24,442 bases of DNA from a virus (lineage: Duplodnaviria > Caudoviricetes), in the IMG/VR virus record IMGVR_UViG_3300020042_003800, positions 1 through 24,442 of that record; one strand, written 5' to 3'. The number at the start of each line of letters is the position of its first letter. Positions within the stretch are counted from its first letter, which is position 1. Below the pieces are notes generated by a model. The model was not told the DNA's origin. It was given only the letters and a program-made list of their open reading frames with translations, and did no database searches. Positions 1-10,070 of the stretch are shown in pieces. A program made the translations under genes and the position numbers.

Positions 1-2
1 CG

Positions 3-3000
3 GGTACATCGACTAAAGCTGGTACAGATGTTTTGGTAAGTTCTACTGGAACATCTGTTGGCACTGGAACTTACACATCGATTAACACCGCGCTCTCTAC
101 TGTTGGTACAGGCGATGACAAGAAGTTTGTGTTGCCCGGCTACGGGGCGGTCTCTGCCAGCACTTTAGCTACTTGGGAACCGTGGCGCTTAGATATGTTA
201 GGTCTTGTCAAAGACACTAATGGTGAGATTCAATACAAAGGTGGCCCCGCTTGGGAAACCGCTACAGGTACTGCCAAAACACTGTTTGACGAAATCAACG
301 GTATTTCTAACTTGTCTGGAATGGGCAACGCATTTACGGGTGGTGCTTTAGAGCAGGGTGAAGACGGATTAGGTTCAAAAGAAGCTGTAATTTGGGACAT
401 CACTAACAAGCTTGCCGCTCAAGGCGTTACAAGCCTGACTGACATAAAAACTCGCGATGTTCAGGTGCTGATCCCCGGGGGTGACAGCGGTAATGACACT
501 TACCAAACCATTACCGAGTACTACAACACCAAAACTGGTCAAGCAGTTAACTTGCAAGGTACAACACTTGGTAATCACCAAACAAACTACAACCTACAAA
601 CAACCAGTACTGGTTTAGTTATTCCAACGACCACTGGAACTCAAAGTGAGTGGGTTGAATTTAGAGACAATGTCCTTCCCCTAGTTCTGACGGCTGTGTC
701 GTTTGCTTACCCTGCCGCGGCTCCTTACATCCAGTCATATAACGCCGCAAAAGCCGCAATGGACGGTAATTGGATGGCGGCGGCATTCAGTGGTTTAGCG
801 GCGGCTTCTGGCTTCTCTGCAAACGTAACTGCTGATATTAAGTCTCTTGTTGCCGCAGGCGACCTTGCAGGTGCTGAAGCACTTTATAACAGCAGTTGGC
901 TTGCTCAAAATGCAAGCACACTGAACACGGCAAAGATAGGTGTTGGGGCGCTAAGCGCTGTACAGAACAAAGACATTGTTGGTCTTGTCAACGCGGGTGT
1001 AAATTACGCTGGCGCTACGCTTCCAGCGGAGCTTAGAACTGGCGTTAACTATCTAAACCTTGGTAACGCAATTATCAACAACAATGTTGCTGGAATGTTG
1101 GACGCCGCAGGTACTCTGACTAAGAGCACCGACCTGAAGATGGCGGCAAGCGCAACAAATCTGATCAATGCTTGGAATAGGTTTGAGAAGACAGGGGACG
1201 CTAACGCGCTGAACCTTGCACTGACTGCTGGTAAACAGTTTGGTAGCTACATTGCAAACTACCAAGGTAGCGGTACAACCCCTAGCGGTTTAAGCACAAC
1301 AACCACTGATAGCACTGGTACATCTACAAAGACTTCTGGTTTAAGCGCTGGGACTTTGACTAATTTGCAGTCTTTGTATGACAGTACCTCAAACGCTTTG
1401 GGATCAAACATCACTGGTGGATTGCCTTCTGGTACAGATTCATTCTCTACCGCGTTAAACAACTTGGATGATACGCAATTAGCAAGTGTTAGCGCATTTG
1501 CTGACACCATGGCAGGCATTCAGGGGCAAGAAGGAACACAAACAGCAATTGCGTTTATACCGTTGGCTATTGATATTTTGGGTCACGGAGCTGTTGCGCT
1601 TGCCGCTTGGTTTATGGGAGGCCCGAACGGCGAGAAACCAACCTCCCAAGAAGCACAATCTGTTGCGGCAACAGTTAAGTTTATTAAGGATGAAAGCACA
1701 ACTATAGAGTCTTTGGCGGCGGCTGGTATAAATGTTACTCAAGAAGAATTCAATCAATTAAAACTAGCCGCGGCAGACCCAACGACTGAGCAGGCAATTG
1801 ACACCATTACGATTACAGCCAAAAAAGAACCAACAGTTTTAACGGCTGATGAGATTGCTGAACGTGATGCGTCTTTTGCTAATACGTTTTCTCAGTATGC
1901 AACTGGATCAAGTTCAAACAACGCCACTGGTTTAGCAACTTTTATTGCTTCTAAGAATGCTGGCGCTACTGATGCTGATGCGTTTGCGGCGGCTCAGTTA
2001 GCCTCTGGAAGCACGTCATCATCGAGCACTGCTGGCTCAACTTCTGCCGCGGCTGGGTCTACGTCTACCTCTGGAGCTACGTCAACTGCTGGATCTGCTG
2101 GCGGGAATAGTAAAGGTTATGACTATGCCGTAGCTAATCAAGGGTTGGATAAGTTTTACAACGACATCAATGCGTTCCTAACTTCCAACCCTTCTGAAAC
2201 AGCCATTACTGAAGCTAAAGCGACGTTTGGCGTAAGTGATGCAGACATCGCCGCCGCAAGAGCGCTTCTTGGTAATACATCAGGTACTGGTGGTAACAAC
2301 ACAACTACAAACGTCACATCGAATATTAGTTCTGGCGTAAGTACTAACTTATCTTCCAATGTAAGCTCTAACATAAGCTCCAACGTAAGCTCGAACATTA
2401 GCTCTAATGTTAGTTCCAACGTAAGCTCGAATGTATCCTCCAATGTTAGCTCTAATGTTTCCTCGAACATAAGCTCCAATATCAGCTCAAATATTAGTTC
2501 GAGCATTAGTACAAATATTAGTACTAGCATCAGCACCAGCACAGGAACTGGATTATCTACAGGAACAACAGGAACAGGTACTAGCACAGGGGTTGGAACT
2601 AGCACAGGTACTGGTAGTGAAGTAGGTACAGGATCTACTGGGACAGGTACAGGTACAGGCACTGGAACAGGGACAGGTACAGGCACTGGGACAGGTACAG
2701 GCACTGGGACAGGTACAGGCACTGGGACTGGGACTGGGACAGGTACAGGTACAGGCACTGGAACAGGGACAGGGACAGGTACGGGGACAGGTACGGGGAC
2801 AGGTACTGGCACTGGCACGGGAACAGGAACGGGAACGGGAACAGGAACGGGAACGGGAACAGGGACGGGGACGGGGACGGGGACGGGGACGGGCACTGGG
2901 ATAAAAACTACCATCACGACCAATGTTCCACAAACCACATCTACTTTTGTGGCTGGAACTCCAGCTCAAGGTGGCAGGGGCAAACCAAATGAGTTCTTGA

Positions 3001-3608
3001 AGGAACAGCTCCTTAAGACTTACATGACCAAGGAAAGCTTTAAAGACCCCTTGGCGCAATTTAATAAAGCTCGCCAAAACTTGGCTAAGGATGAAATGAT
3101 GCAACAAGGCGTAGACCCTCGTTTAGCGGCTATCTTGGCGGCTAGATCTATTGGTGAAGAACCACCACCAGCACCAGCTTACAACTATGGCGAAGAACCT
3201 GAAAGCATTGACGACATCCTTGGTCTCAAAGTAGAAGGTGATCGCACTTACGCTCAAGGCGGATACGTACAACCCCTTATGGCTGAAGGCGGCATGGCTC
3301 TTCCACTCTTGGCGGCAAAAGGCGGTCTCCCAGCCATGCACAAGGGTCGTGAGGACTTCCGTGATGGCAAGCACGTAGCTGGCAAGGGTGACGGTCAGTC
3401 TGACGACATCCCTGCAATGCTGGCTGACGGTGAGTTTGTTTTCCCTGCGGACGTAGTTTCTGCACTCGGAAATGGCTCAACAAAGGCAGGAACGGATAAA
3501 CTATACGAAATGATGCATTCAATTCGTGATAGAGCGCGGTCTAAGGGACGTAAAGACCTGCCCCCACCCGCATTGAAATCACCACTAGATTACCTAAAGA
3601 AACGGTAA
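3..3608 (+). CDS. Giant low-complexity putative virion (tail/internal) protein, 5'-truncated
   Basis: Frame is open from position 3 ([14 protein letters not shown]), so the true start lies upstream of the window. Ser/Thr/Gly/Ala-rich with two hydrophobic segments and SSN[VI] and TG repeats. C-terminal [24 protein letters not shown] resembles a motif of phage tail/tape-measure-type proteins. Directly upstream of ejection-like genes. Confidence 0.7.
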   Translation, partial: GTSTKAGTDVLVSSTGTSVGTGTYTSINTALSTVGTGDDKKFVLPGYGAVSASTLATWEPWRLDMLGLVKDTNGEIQYKGGPAWETATGTAKTLFDEINGISNLSGMGNAFTGGALEQGEDGLGSKEAVIWDITNKLAAQGVTSLTDIKTRDVQVLIPGGDSGNDTYQTITEYYNTKTGQAVNLQGTTLGNHQTNYNLQTTSTGLVIPTTTGTQSEWVEFRDNVLPLVLTAVSFAYPAAAPYIQSYNAAKAAMDGNWMAAAFSGLAAASGFSANVTADIKSLVAAGDLAGAEALYNSSWLAQNASTLNTAKIGVGALSAVQNKDIVGLVNAGVNYAGATLPAELRTGVNYLNLGNAIINNNVAGMLDAAGTLTKSTDLKMAASATNLINAWNRFEKTGDANALNLALTAGKQFGSYIANYQGSGTTPSGLSTTTTDSTGTSTKTSGLSAGTLTNLQSLYDSTSNALGSNITGGLPSGTDSFSTALNNLDDTQLASVSAFADTMAGIQGQEGTQTAIAFIPLAIDILGHGAVALAAWFMGGPNGEKPTSQEAQSVAATVKFIKDESTTIESLAAAGINVTQEEFNQLKLAAADPTTEQAIDTITITAKKEPTVLTADEIAERDASFANTFSQYATGSSSNNATGLATFIASKNAGATDADAFAAAQLASGSTSSSSTAGSTSAAAGSTSTSGATSTAGSAGGNSKGYDYAVANQGLDKFYNDINAFLTSNPSETAITEAKATFGVSDADIAAARALLGNTSGTGGNNTTTNVTSNISSGVSTNLSSNVSSNISSNVSSNISSNVSSNVSSNVSSNVSSNVSSNISSNISSNISSSISTNISTSISTSTGTGLSTGTTGTGTSTGVGTSTGTGSEVGTGSTGTGTGTGTGTGTGTGTGTGTGTGTGTGTGTGTGTGTGTGTGTGTGTGTGTGTGTGTGTGTGTGTGTGTGTGTGTGTGTGTGTGTGTGIKTTITTNVPQTTSTFVAGTPAQGGRGKPNEFLKEQLLKTYMTKESFKDPLAQFNKARQNLAKDEMMQQGVDPRLAAILAARSIGEEPPPAPAYNYGEEPESIDDILGLKVEGDRTYAQGGYVQPLMAEGGMALPLLAAKGGLPAMHKGREDFRDGKHVAGKGDGQSDDIPAMLADGEFVFPADVVSALGNGSTKAGTDKLYEMMHSIRDRARSKGRKDLPPPALKSPLDYLKKR
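2304..2543 (+). repeat. 12-nt period coding repeat: 12 exact SSN[V/I] tetrapeptides (2352-2495) plus degenerate flanking copies
   Basis: Read directly: tct tcc aat gta / agc tct aac ata / agc tcc aac gta etc. Synonymous codons are scrambled between units. Confidence 0.95.
2637..2900 (+). repeat. 6-nt period coding repeat (ACN GGN)x44 encoding (Thr-Gly)44
   Basis: 264 nt of uninterrupted acN-ggN units, with blocks of identical codons (acaggt, acggga, acgggg). Confidence 0.95.
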
Positions 3609-3618
3609 GGAGCACACC

Positions 3619-4710
3619 ATGGGACTATTTACTGGAGCCGCACCACCAGACGTAACCAAGACGCAAACGACTGCGTCTACCACGCCTGACTACTATACAA
3701 ACTACCTGACCAAGCTTTCTCAGGCTGGGCAGTCCTACATGGGTGCGTTTGATCCCACAACAGGCGCTTATACACCTCCTAAACAAACTGATCTGATCAC
3801 GGCTGGATCTCCTTACGTTGCTGGTTTAACACAAGAGCAAAAGGATATATTCAGTGGTGCTCCAACAGCCTTGTCGCGTTATGAAGATCCTTTGGACTCG
3901 GCGTATACGGCTGGCAAGTCTGGCATGGACGTCAGTCAAGCTGACATCTCCAAGTTCTACAACCCATACGAGAATGCTGTGGTTGGTGGTTTGGGTACTC
4001 AAAGCGCAACAAACGTCCAACGTAACCTAATGCCTCAGCTTAAGGCTGGCTTTGTTGGTACAGGTGGTTTGGGTAGTTCACGCTATGCAAATGCTCTGGG
4101 TCAGACCATGGGTGATGTGAACACCAATCTTTTGCAAGAGCAGAACAAAACGCGCATGGCTGGTTACAACACAGCGCTTGATTCGGCTTTGAAAGAAGCT
4201 CAGTTATCAAACCAATCCTCTGCCGCTTTAACAGGTTTGGGTTCTGCTGAACAGCAAGCCGCAACGAGTGGTCTGAAGACTGGTGCTGAGTTAGGCGCAT
4301 TGGAGCAGGCGTATACGCAGTCTCAGATCAATGCACCTCTGACTATGTCATCTAACGTCGCTCAGTTGCTTAAAGGGTACACGGTGCCTACGGGTCAGAC
4401 GCAAACCTATAAAGGCCCCGGCGACGCGTTCCAACCCTCCCCCCTCTCACAGATCGCCAGCTTGGGTACTTTGTTGGCTAGTGGCTTCAATTCCAGCTCT
4501 GGTTGGGGTAATCAATTGCTTAAGAAACTTGGCACTTCTGCTGATCCAACCAACGCTACCAATCCCTTTGCGTTTTATAACTCACCCGGTTCAGGAAATA
4601 ATGTTGATCCAAACGCAATTGATCCAGTGACGGGAGAACGTCCTTATGGCGGCGATCTGAACCAGCCGGGGCGCTGGGAAGGTAGCGAGTGGGTCAATGA
4701 CGAGGACTAA
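3619..4710 (+). CDS. Putative DNA ejection / internal virion protein
   Basis: AAGGAG RBS before ATG. Gly/Ala/Gln-rich helical protein with FYNPYENAVV and GGLGSSR motifs that I associate with podovirus pilot/ejection proteins. First of three consecutive large genes ending the virion module. Confidence 0.6.
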   Translation: MGLFTGAAPPDVTKTQTTASTTPDYYTNYLTKLSQAGQSYMGAFDPTTGAYTPPKQTDLITAGSPYVAGLTQEQKDIFSGAPTALSRYEDPLDSAYTAGKSGMDVSQADISKFYNPYENAVVGGLGTQSATNVQRNLMPQLKAGFVGTGGLGSSRYANALGQTMGDVNTNLLQEQNKTRMAGYNTALDSALKEAQLSNQSSAALTGLGSAEQQAATSGLKTGAELGALEQAYTQSQINAPLTMSSNVAQLLKGYTVPTGQTQTYKGPGDAFQPSPLSQIASLGTLLASGFNSSSGWGNQLLKKLGTSADPTNATNPFAFYNSPGSGNNVDPNAIDPVTGERPYGGDLNQPGRWEGSEWVNDED

Positions 4711-4712
4711 AA

Positions 4713-6386
4713 ATGGCACTACCTGAACAAATTCAAAACGCGGCGCTTCCGTTAAACAACCAAGCGCCCAAATCGCCTGCTCCGCCGTACACTGATCTGG
4801 ACGTACCTCAGCGTGCGGAGATGTCTCCTCTAGCTGACATTACAAAAAAGTACCGCTCCATCTACGATACCGCCGCTGAGAAGCTCATGGCGTCTTTGGA
4901 TGAGCGTAAGGGTCAAATGTTTGATCCAGTTCTGTTAGCTCTGTCACAAGGTTTTGCCGCTCCCACAAAGACTGGTGGTTTTGGTGAGTCTCTTGGACTT
5001 GCCGCTGGTTTAGCCAATAAGGCTTCTTTACAGCAAGAAACATCATCTCGTGAGAACGCCATAGCTCGTATGCAGATGGCGCAAGACATGATAAAGACTG
5101 GTAAGGAGCGAGAGAAAAGCGAACTCTTAGGTTCTCTGTACAAGAAAGCCCCTACTGGTCAGTTTGAGATGGATGAAACAATTGCTCAGCGTTTGTCACA
5201 AGTTACTGGTGATCCTGCGTTCATGAAAGACATCATGACCAACCAGAAAGCTAAGAACTTGCGTAACCTTGGTGATCAGATGTTCACTGAGACTAAGGTT
5301 GCTGGCAAAGACGGTGAGCCTGATCGTAAAGTCATGAACTTCAATCCTAACGCCGCTATGCAGTTGGCGAAGATTTCTGACAACCCAATACAGGCTCTCT
5401 CTCAATATGCTGAGATGATTCCTAAAATGCGCAAAGCTGGAATGCTTGGAGATTTGAAGGGTGACACATCTACGCCATTTGATTCAATTATTTTGCTGGC
5501 TGATGCTTTGGGCGGACAAGGCCCTGCCATCAAGCTCCAAGCCAAGCGCTTAGCTGAGCAGTATCAAAAGGGTTACATCGACGAAGACAAGGCTAACTCC
5601 CTTGCTACCAGCATGTTAAGTTCGGCAAGCTCTACTTTGGATCGCCAGACATCACAAGGAATGCAGGCTATTCAACAAGCGTTCTTGCGCAATCAAGCAA
5701 CAGAGGCTAGTGAACGCGCTAGAGACAAGCTCGACGATAAACGCAAAGAACTTGATAGTAAGCTCACTGATCAACAGAAGCTTGACTACACCAAGGTTGT
5801 TCTTCCTGTGATCAATGAAGGTCTAAAGGCAAGTACAGCTAAGACGCAACTTGCACAGATTAAGAGCAAAGTTGCTGACGCTCCTAGTGGTGCTCTGTCT
5901 GGTGTCTATGCATCGTCTTTGGGTCGTTTGTTTGGTACGGATGAAAACACCGCTCTGCGTGAGTTGACCTCGCTGAGTAAAGCGCTGGTGACGCAGATCC
6001 CAAGGTTGCCGGGTGCCGCGTCTAACCTTGACGCTCAAAACCTTGAGAAGTCTATTGGTAATCTCCAAGACATCACCTTGACCAATCCTCAGCGCGTTAA
6101 GCTGATCAATGACATTGATGAGGGTTTCACCAAGCTGATAAACCGCGCCGATGAAGTGCAGACTTATTGGGAATCCAACAAGAAGCTTAGCCCTAGCTTA
6201 ATGTCTGGTGCACCAAAACCTGCTGGTACTCCAGCTCCTGCTACACCAGCTCCAACAGCACCTGTAACACCAGCCGCCGCTCCTTCTAGGAGTTACCCAA
6301 TCCCTACGCAGGCGGACATTGATTACGCTAACAAGAATCCTGCTTCACTTTCTAAGTTTGTTGCTAAGTTTGGAAGGACACCATAA
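4713..6386 (+). CDS. Putative DNA ejection / internal virion protein (helical, Pro/Ala linker near C-terminus)
   Basis: 557-aa ORF tightly packed with neighbours. N-terminal LALSQGFAAPTKTGGFGESLG followed by a coiled coil. Position matches the ejection-protein trio of podoviruses. Confidence 0.55.
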   Translation: MALPEQIQNAALPLNNQAPKSPAPPYTDLDVPQRAEMSPLADITKKYRSIYDTAAEKLMASLDERKGQMFDPVLLALSQGFAAPTKTGGFGESLGLAAGLANKASLQQETSSRENAIARMQMAQDMIKTGKEREKSELLGSLYKKAPTGQFEMDETIAQRLSQVTGDPAFMKDIMTNQKAKNLRNLGDQMFTETKVAGKDGEPDRKVMNFNPNAAMQLAKISDNPIQALSQYAEMIPKMRKAGMLGDLKGDTSTPFDSIILLADALGGQGPAIKLQAKRLAEQYQKGYIDEDKANSLATSMLSSASSTLDRQTSQGMQAIQQAFLRNQATEASERARDKLDDKRKELDSKLTDQQKLDYTKVVLPVINEGLKASTAKTQLAQIKSKVADAPSGALSGVYASSLGRLFGTDENTALRELTSLSKALVTQIPRLPGAASNLDAQNLEKSIGNLQDITLTNPQRVKLINDIDEGFTKLINRADEVQTYWESNKKLSPSLMSGAPKPAGTPAPATPAPTAPVTPAAAPSRSYPIPTQADIDYANKNPASLSKFVAKFGRTP

Positions 6387-8077
6387 TGGCTGAAAAAGTA
6401 CCAGATTGGGCGAAGGCTGACGCTACTGAAGTTCCTGATTGGGCTAAGGCTGAACCTACCAAAGTAAACATGGACGACTTCCCTCGCTTTAAAGAGGAGG
6501 GTGGACGCAAGTTCAAACAAGTTACTCCAGAAGCTAAAGCGATAATGACCATGTTAGCTGGCGCTCAAGCTCCCGCGATCCCAGTGGCTGGTGCTTTGCA
6601 GTGGTTAGGTATCAATAAGCCTGCTGAGTTTCTCAAGTCCAACGCTGACTACGCCAAAAGTATTGCTGGTACGCCTGCCTCTGTGGCTGAGTTTGCTGGT
6701 GAACTAGCAAGTCCCTTACCTATCAAGGGCGGGAACATGGCTGAGCAAGCGTTCAAGCAGATCCCCAAGGTAGGTTCCTCAATCATGGGTCGTATGGGCA
6801 CTCAGGGAGCTACACAAGCGCTTTTCACGCCCACGGAGAACCCTGACCTTGGTTACGGTGACTTCTTGTCTGAAAAAGCCAAGCAGTTGGGTGCAGGGTT
6901 TACGGGTGGGGCTTTGTTTGGTAAGGCTACGCAATTAGGCATGAGTCCACAGGTATCTGAGAAGTTGCAGATGCTCAAGGATATGGGAATGAATAAGTTC
7001 ACCCCGGGGCAACTCATGTCCCAACTCCCCTTTATTGGCAAACCTATTCAGAACCTTGAGTCAAACCTTACTAGCCTTCCGTTAGCTGGCACCATTATTG
7101 GTTACGGTCAAAATGTTGCCAACAAAGACTTCAACATAGCCATGGCTAACCAAGTTCTTAGACCTTTGGGAGAAGTTGTTCCCAAAGATGTAAAAGCTGG
7201 AAACGAGCTTTTGAGACTTGTCGACGACAAAATAGCCAACGCTTACAGAGGTATTGAGAGCAAGATTGACTTTAAGATCATCACCGATCCCAAGACCAAT
7301 ACAAACACCATGACACGTCTAAACGGCGTGGTTGATAGAGCTTCCATGGATTTAATTCCTGAGTCAGCTAACTTGGTCAGTGAGATTGTCAAGCGTTCTT
7401 TTTATGAACCTTTGCTGAAGACTTACGGTTTGTCTGGTGCTCAATTCAGAACTGCTGAGAAGAGTTTAGGTGCGCAGGCTAACACTTTGATCCAAAGTGG
7501 TGACCCTATCAAGCGTGATGCTGGTTTTGCCATTCGTAACTTCCAAGACGCACTACGAAACGAGCTTACACTCCAAAACCCACAGGTCGGACGCGAGCTG
7601 ATGGGTATCCATGATGCATTTAAAAAGTACATGAGAATTGAGCGTGCCGCGGCTTATCGTGGTGCAGATGAGGGTGTGTTCAACCCATCTCAATTTAAAG
7701 CCGCTACGGAGACTCTAGCGGGTCGCAAGGGCACTGCCACAGGCAAAGGTATCTTCATGCCCCAGTCGCAAGCCGCTACAGATGTTTTAGGCAAGACAGT
7801 ACCAGACAGCGGTACAGCAGGTCGCCTCATGTCAGCCAAGACCTTGGGTCTAGGTGCGGCTGAGGGTGGCTTAAACTTTCTTTCATCTTTTGCCCCATCA
7901 ATTGCCGCTGGAACCATGTACAACCCACTTGCAATGTACTTGATGACCAAGCTCGCTACAGCTCGACCTGAAGCCGTGAAAGCCGCCGCACCTGCCGCAT
8001 CTAGGTTGGCTGGTCGTGCTGGTGGTCTGGGTATGATTCCCTCATCTGAAGATCCCATGGCTAACCCCATGCCATAA
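6386..8077 (+). CDS. Putative DNA ejection / internal virion protein
   Basis: 563-aa ORF with TAATG overlap, Gly/Ala-rich hydrophobic stretches at both ends and a PDSGTAGR motif. Last gene before the terminator. Confidence 0.55.
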   Translation: MAEKVPDWAKADATEVPDWAKAEPTKVNMDDFPRFKEEGGRKFKQVTPEAKAIMTMLAGAQAPAIPVAGALQWLGINKPAEFLKSNADYAKSIAGTPASVAEFAGELASPLPIKGGNMAEQAFKQIPKVGSSIMGRMGTQGATQALFTPTENPDLGYGDFLSEKAKQLGAGFTGGALFGKATQLGMSPQVSEKLQMLKDMGMNKFTPGQLMSQLPFIGKPIQNLESNLTSLPLAGTIIGYGQNVANKDFNIAMANQVLRPLGEVVPKDVKAGNELLRLVDDKIANAYRGIESKIDFKIITDPKTNTNTMTRLNGVVDRASMDLIPESANLVSEIVKRSFYEPLLKTYGLSGAQFRTAEKSLGAQANTLIQSGDPIKRDAGFAIRNFQDALRNELTLQNPQVGRELMGIHDAFKKYMRIERAAAYRGADEGVFNPSQFKAATETLAGRKGTATGKGIFMPQSQAATDVLGKTVPDSGTAGRLMSAKTLGLGAAEGGLNFLSSFAPSIAAGTMYNPLAMYLMTKLATARPEAVKAAAPAASRLAGRAGGLGMIPSSEDPMANPMP

Positions 8078-8119
8078 TTGCCTTACAAGTGTCTTTTTAA
8101 AGCAGTTGCCACTTGTTTT

Positions 8120-8146
8120 AGCCCCCCTCATACGGGGGCTTTTTTT
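8120..8146 (+). terminator. Rho-independent terminator of the virion operon
   Basis: AGCCCCC-ctcatac-GGGGGCT stem-loop followed by a T run, between convergent genes. Confidence 0.9.
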
Positions 8147-8369
8147 ATGCGTTACCAGCAGGTGCACATAGCATGAACAAGATTTCTTTGCGCTCGTACT
8201 CTATGTCATCCACCGCGGCGTCATACCCATGTTCTAAAACTAACGAGAACAGTTTGGCTTTGTAAGCCTGTTCGGACTTACAGCCTTTGTCAAAGCACTT
8301 TGTGAAGCGCTCTATGGCTTCCCAATCTGCTTGTAATTCACCGTTTTCATCAATTTTCATCAAGATCAT
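8145..8369 (-). CDS. Hypothetical phage protein
   Basis: Last ORF of the leftward operon. Start placed at MILMKIDENG (uncertain) to limit overlap with the upstream gene. Confidence 0.6.
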   Translation of the reverse strand: MILMKIDENGELQADWEAIERFTKCFDKGCKSEQAYKAKLFSLVLEHGYDAAVDDIEYERKEILFMLCAPAGNA

Positions 8370-8586
8370 GTTCAAAACGCTTGGAGTCCACAAGATCGTC
8401 AAACTCGTGGCATTCCGTGCGGTCTCTAGGGTTGATCCGCCATTCTAACTTTTTAGCAAAGTCTCGTACAGCGTAGTACCTTTGAGAGTCCTCTGACCAT
8501 CCTTTGATAGCGTCTAAGAAGGATGGGAGCTGTGAAGGCTTCCACCCCTCCCCAAACAGCTCAGTGACAAAGTCCTTGGGTGTCAT
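8350..8586 (-). CDS. Hypothetical phage protein
   Basis: 78 aa, ATGA overlap with the upstream gene. Confidence 0.7.
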   Translation of the reverse strand: MTPKDFVTELFGEGWKPSQLPSFLDAIKGWSEDSQRYYAVRDFAKKLEWRINPRDRTECHEFDDLVDSKRFEHDLDEN

Positions 8587-8810
8587 AGGTTCTCACGATA
8601 CTCACCAAGAGCGCGAGCTACGTTGGTGTTTAGCGTGTTAACAAACTTGATGCACATGTCGCGCTCAGTTTTAACGATAGCAGGCATAGCCGCCATGATG
8701 AAACCGTCAGCAAGCTTCTGAAGGTCTTCCTCAAGAAAGTTGTAATTATCCTCAAGTTGGATCTTAAAGAAAGCTTGTTTGACGTCGTCTGGGTTTAAGT
8801 ATGGGTTCAT
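8583..8810 (-). CDS. Hypothetical phage protein
   Basis: 75 aa, ATGA overlaps on both sides. Confidence 0.75.
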   Translation of the reverse strand: MNPYLNPDDVKQAFFKIQLEDNYNFLEEDLQKLADGFIMAAMPAIVKTERDMCIKFVNTLNTNVARALGEYRENL

Positions 8811-9301
8811 AGTAATGTTTGTTGTGCGGCTTTTTCAGCCTTCTTTTTTAAATAATATCTTCTTTTGGACTCACGGTTTCTTTGGTTTTGCTCTTCTTCT
8901 TTTCTCTTTTGTTTGATGTACATGCCAAGCAATGTGTCGCGTTTTGTTGGATCTTGCCATGTGCCATCGTCTTTCATCTCTTGCACTTTTTCTTTGGGAA
9001 CTGTAAATTGAGATCTTGCTCTTGTAAGTAGTTCTATCTCGCTCATTCGTTTAATGATCAGGTCATTGATCTCCCGCAACATAGTGATCTGCTGTTGCAG
9101 TTTTTTTGCTTCATCTTTGGCGCCCCAACACATCTTTTGTACTTGACTAACCGTATCTCGCATTTCTGCAATTTTTGATAGCCCTGAGTTGCCCATGTCA
9201 ACTTGCAACTTAGCAACGTGTTTTATGACGTTATCAATCTGATCTTTGTTGCGAATGATGTTCTCGTTGATGCCGCTCTTTTCCTTGTTTGAAATAAACA
9301 T
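8807..9301 (-). CDS. Hypothetical coiled-coil protein with basic C-terminus
   Basis: Start reassigned to MFISNKEK (GAGGAC RBS, just after the nuclease stop). Ends in RESKRRYYLKKK. Confidence 0.7.
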   Translation of the reverse strand: MFISNKEKSGINENIIRNKDQIDNVIKHVAKLQVDMGNSGLSKIAEMRDTVSQVQKMCWGAKDEAKKLQQQITMLREINDLIIKRMSEIELLTRARSQFTVPKEKVQEMKDDGTWQDPTKRDTLLGMYIKQKRKEEEQNQRNRESKRRYYLKKKAEKAAQQTLL

Positions 9302-9308
9302 GTTGTCC

Positions 9309-10070
9309 TCACGTGTGCTTGTTTTTGGCTTGCCAGTATTTGAGGAGGTGGTAGAACATCTCCTCCCCGCGTTCGAGGTCGTCTTCTGACCATTCTTTGG
9401 TGACCACGAGACCCGGCTCCGTGACCGACACAAAGACATTTGCGCACCTTGCTTGGGGCAGGTTTAATCCCAGCCTGTAGGCGGCTAGTTGCATCACGTG
9501 CTCGTCGTACGTATCTACCTTAGCTGGGTCTGTGAATTCCTTCGTCTTGAAGTCAATCACTATTCCATCGCCATCCTCTGAACACAGGTCTAGCTTCCCA
9601 CCAAACCCTAGCTCGCAGGCAAACGACTTTTCAGAGATCCACTCTGGCTCACCAAAGATCTTCTTGACTTCTTCGCCTACACCCATCTGATAGTCCATCA
9701 TCTCAGCGACCATGACGCCTTCGTACCAGCTCTCAAGCGCTGTGTGAACCTCTGTACCACGCTGAGCGGCGGCACGGGCGTGTTCCTTTGAGTCTTTGAT
9801 CACTCGCTGAACGTAGAGGTCTTCTGCCTCGTCTGGCGCCCTTGGAAGGGTCATGGAGGCGAGCATCATTTGGTTAAGCTTCCACGCCTCAAGGCCCGGC
9901 TTTGCCGCGCACCCAATAATCGTTGTGACCGACGGTACAAGGTTTAGCTTGCGCGCATCCGCTAGCGTCGTGTTACGTGGGTTGCCGTTCTTGGCTTCCA
10001 CGGTGTACTTCGGCGCACCTTCTCTGGTGTACCAGTGCGAGCTTTCGCTTGCTCTTACGGTAATGCTCAT
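9309..10070 (-). CDS. PD-(D/E)XK (Cas4/RecB-like) phage exonuclease
   Basis: Motifs PSVTTII, RGTEVH, E..(GGKLD)L, IDFKT and QLAAY are typical of this nuclease family. Confidence 0.85.
   Translation of the reverse strand: MSITVRASESSHWYTREGAPKYTVEAKNGNPRNTTLADARKLNLVPSVTTIIGCAAKPGLEAWKLNQMMLASMTLPRAPDEAEDLYVQRVIKDSKEHARAAAQRGTEVHTALESWYEGVMVAEMMDYQMGVGEEVKKIFGEPEWISEKSFACELGFGGKLDLCSEDGDGIVIDFKTKEFTDPAKVDTYDEHVMQLAAYRLGLNLPQARCANVFVSVTEPGLVVTKEWSEDDLERGEEMFYHLLKYWQAKNKHT

Noticed and set aside
2304-2900. Repeat region as a CRISPR array or DGR template/variable repeat
   Set aside because: The periods are 6 and 12 nt, in frame, with no unique spacers. No reverse transcriptase or adenine-specific repeat pair was seen.
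2156-3107. Minus-strand ORFs 2156-2938 (poly-VP) and 2553-3107 (RP/CT repeats)
   Set aside because: Antisense shadows of the TG and SSN repeats; such repeats lack stop codons in several frames.
9309-10070. Cas4-like nuclease as part of a CRISPR-Cas system
   Set aside because: No other cas genes or array; the context next to an SSB-like gene fits phage recombination.
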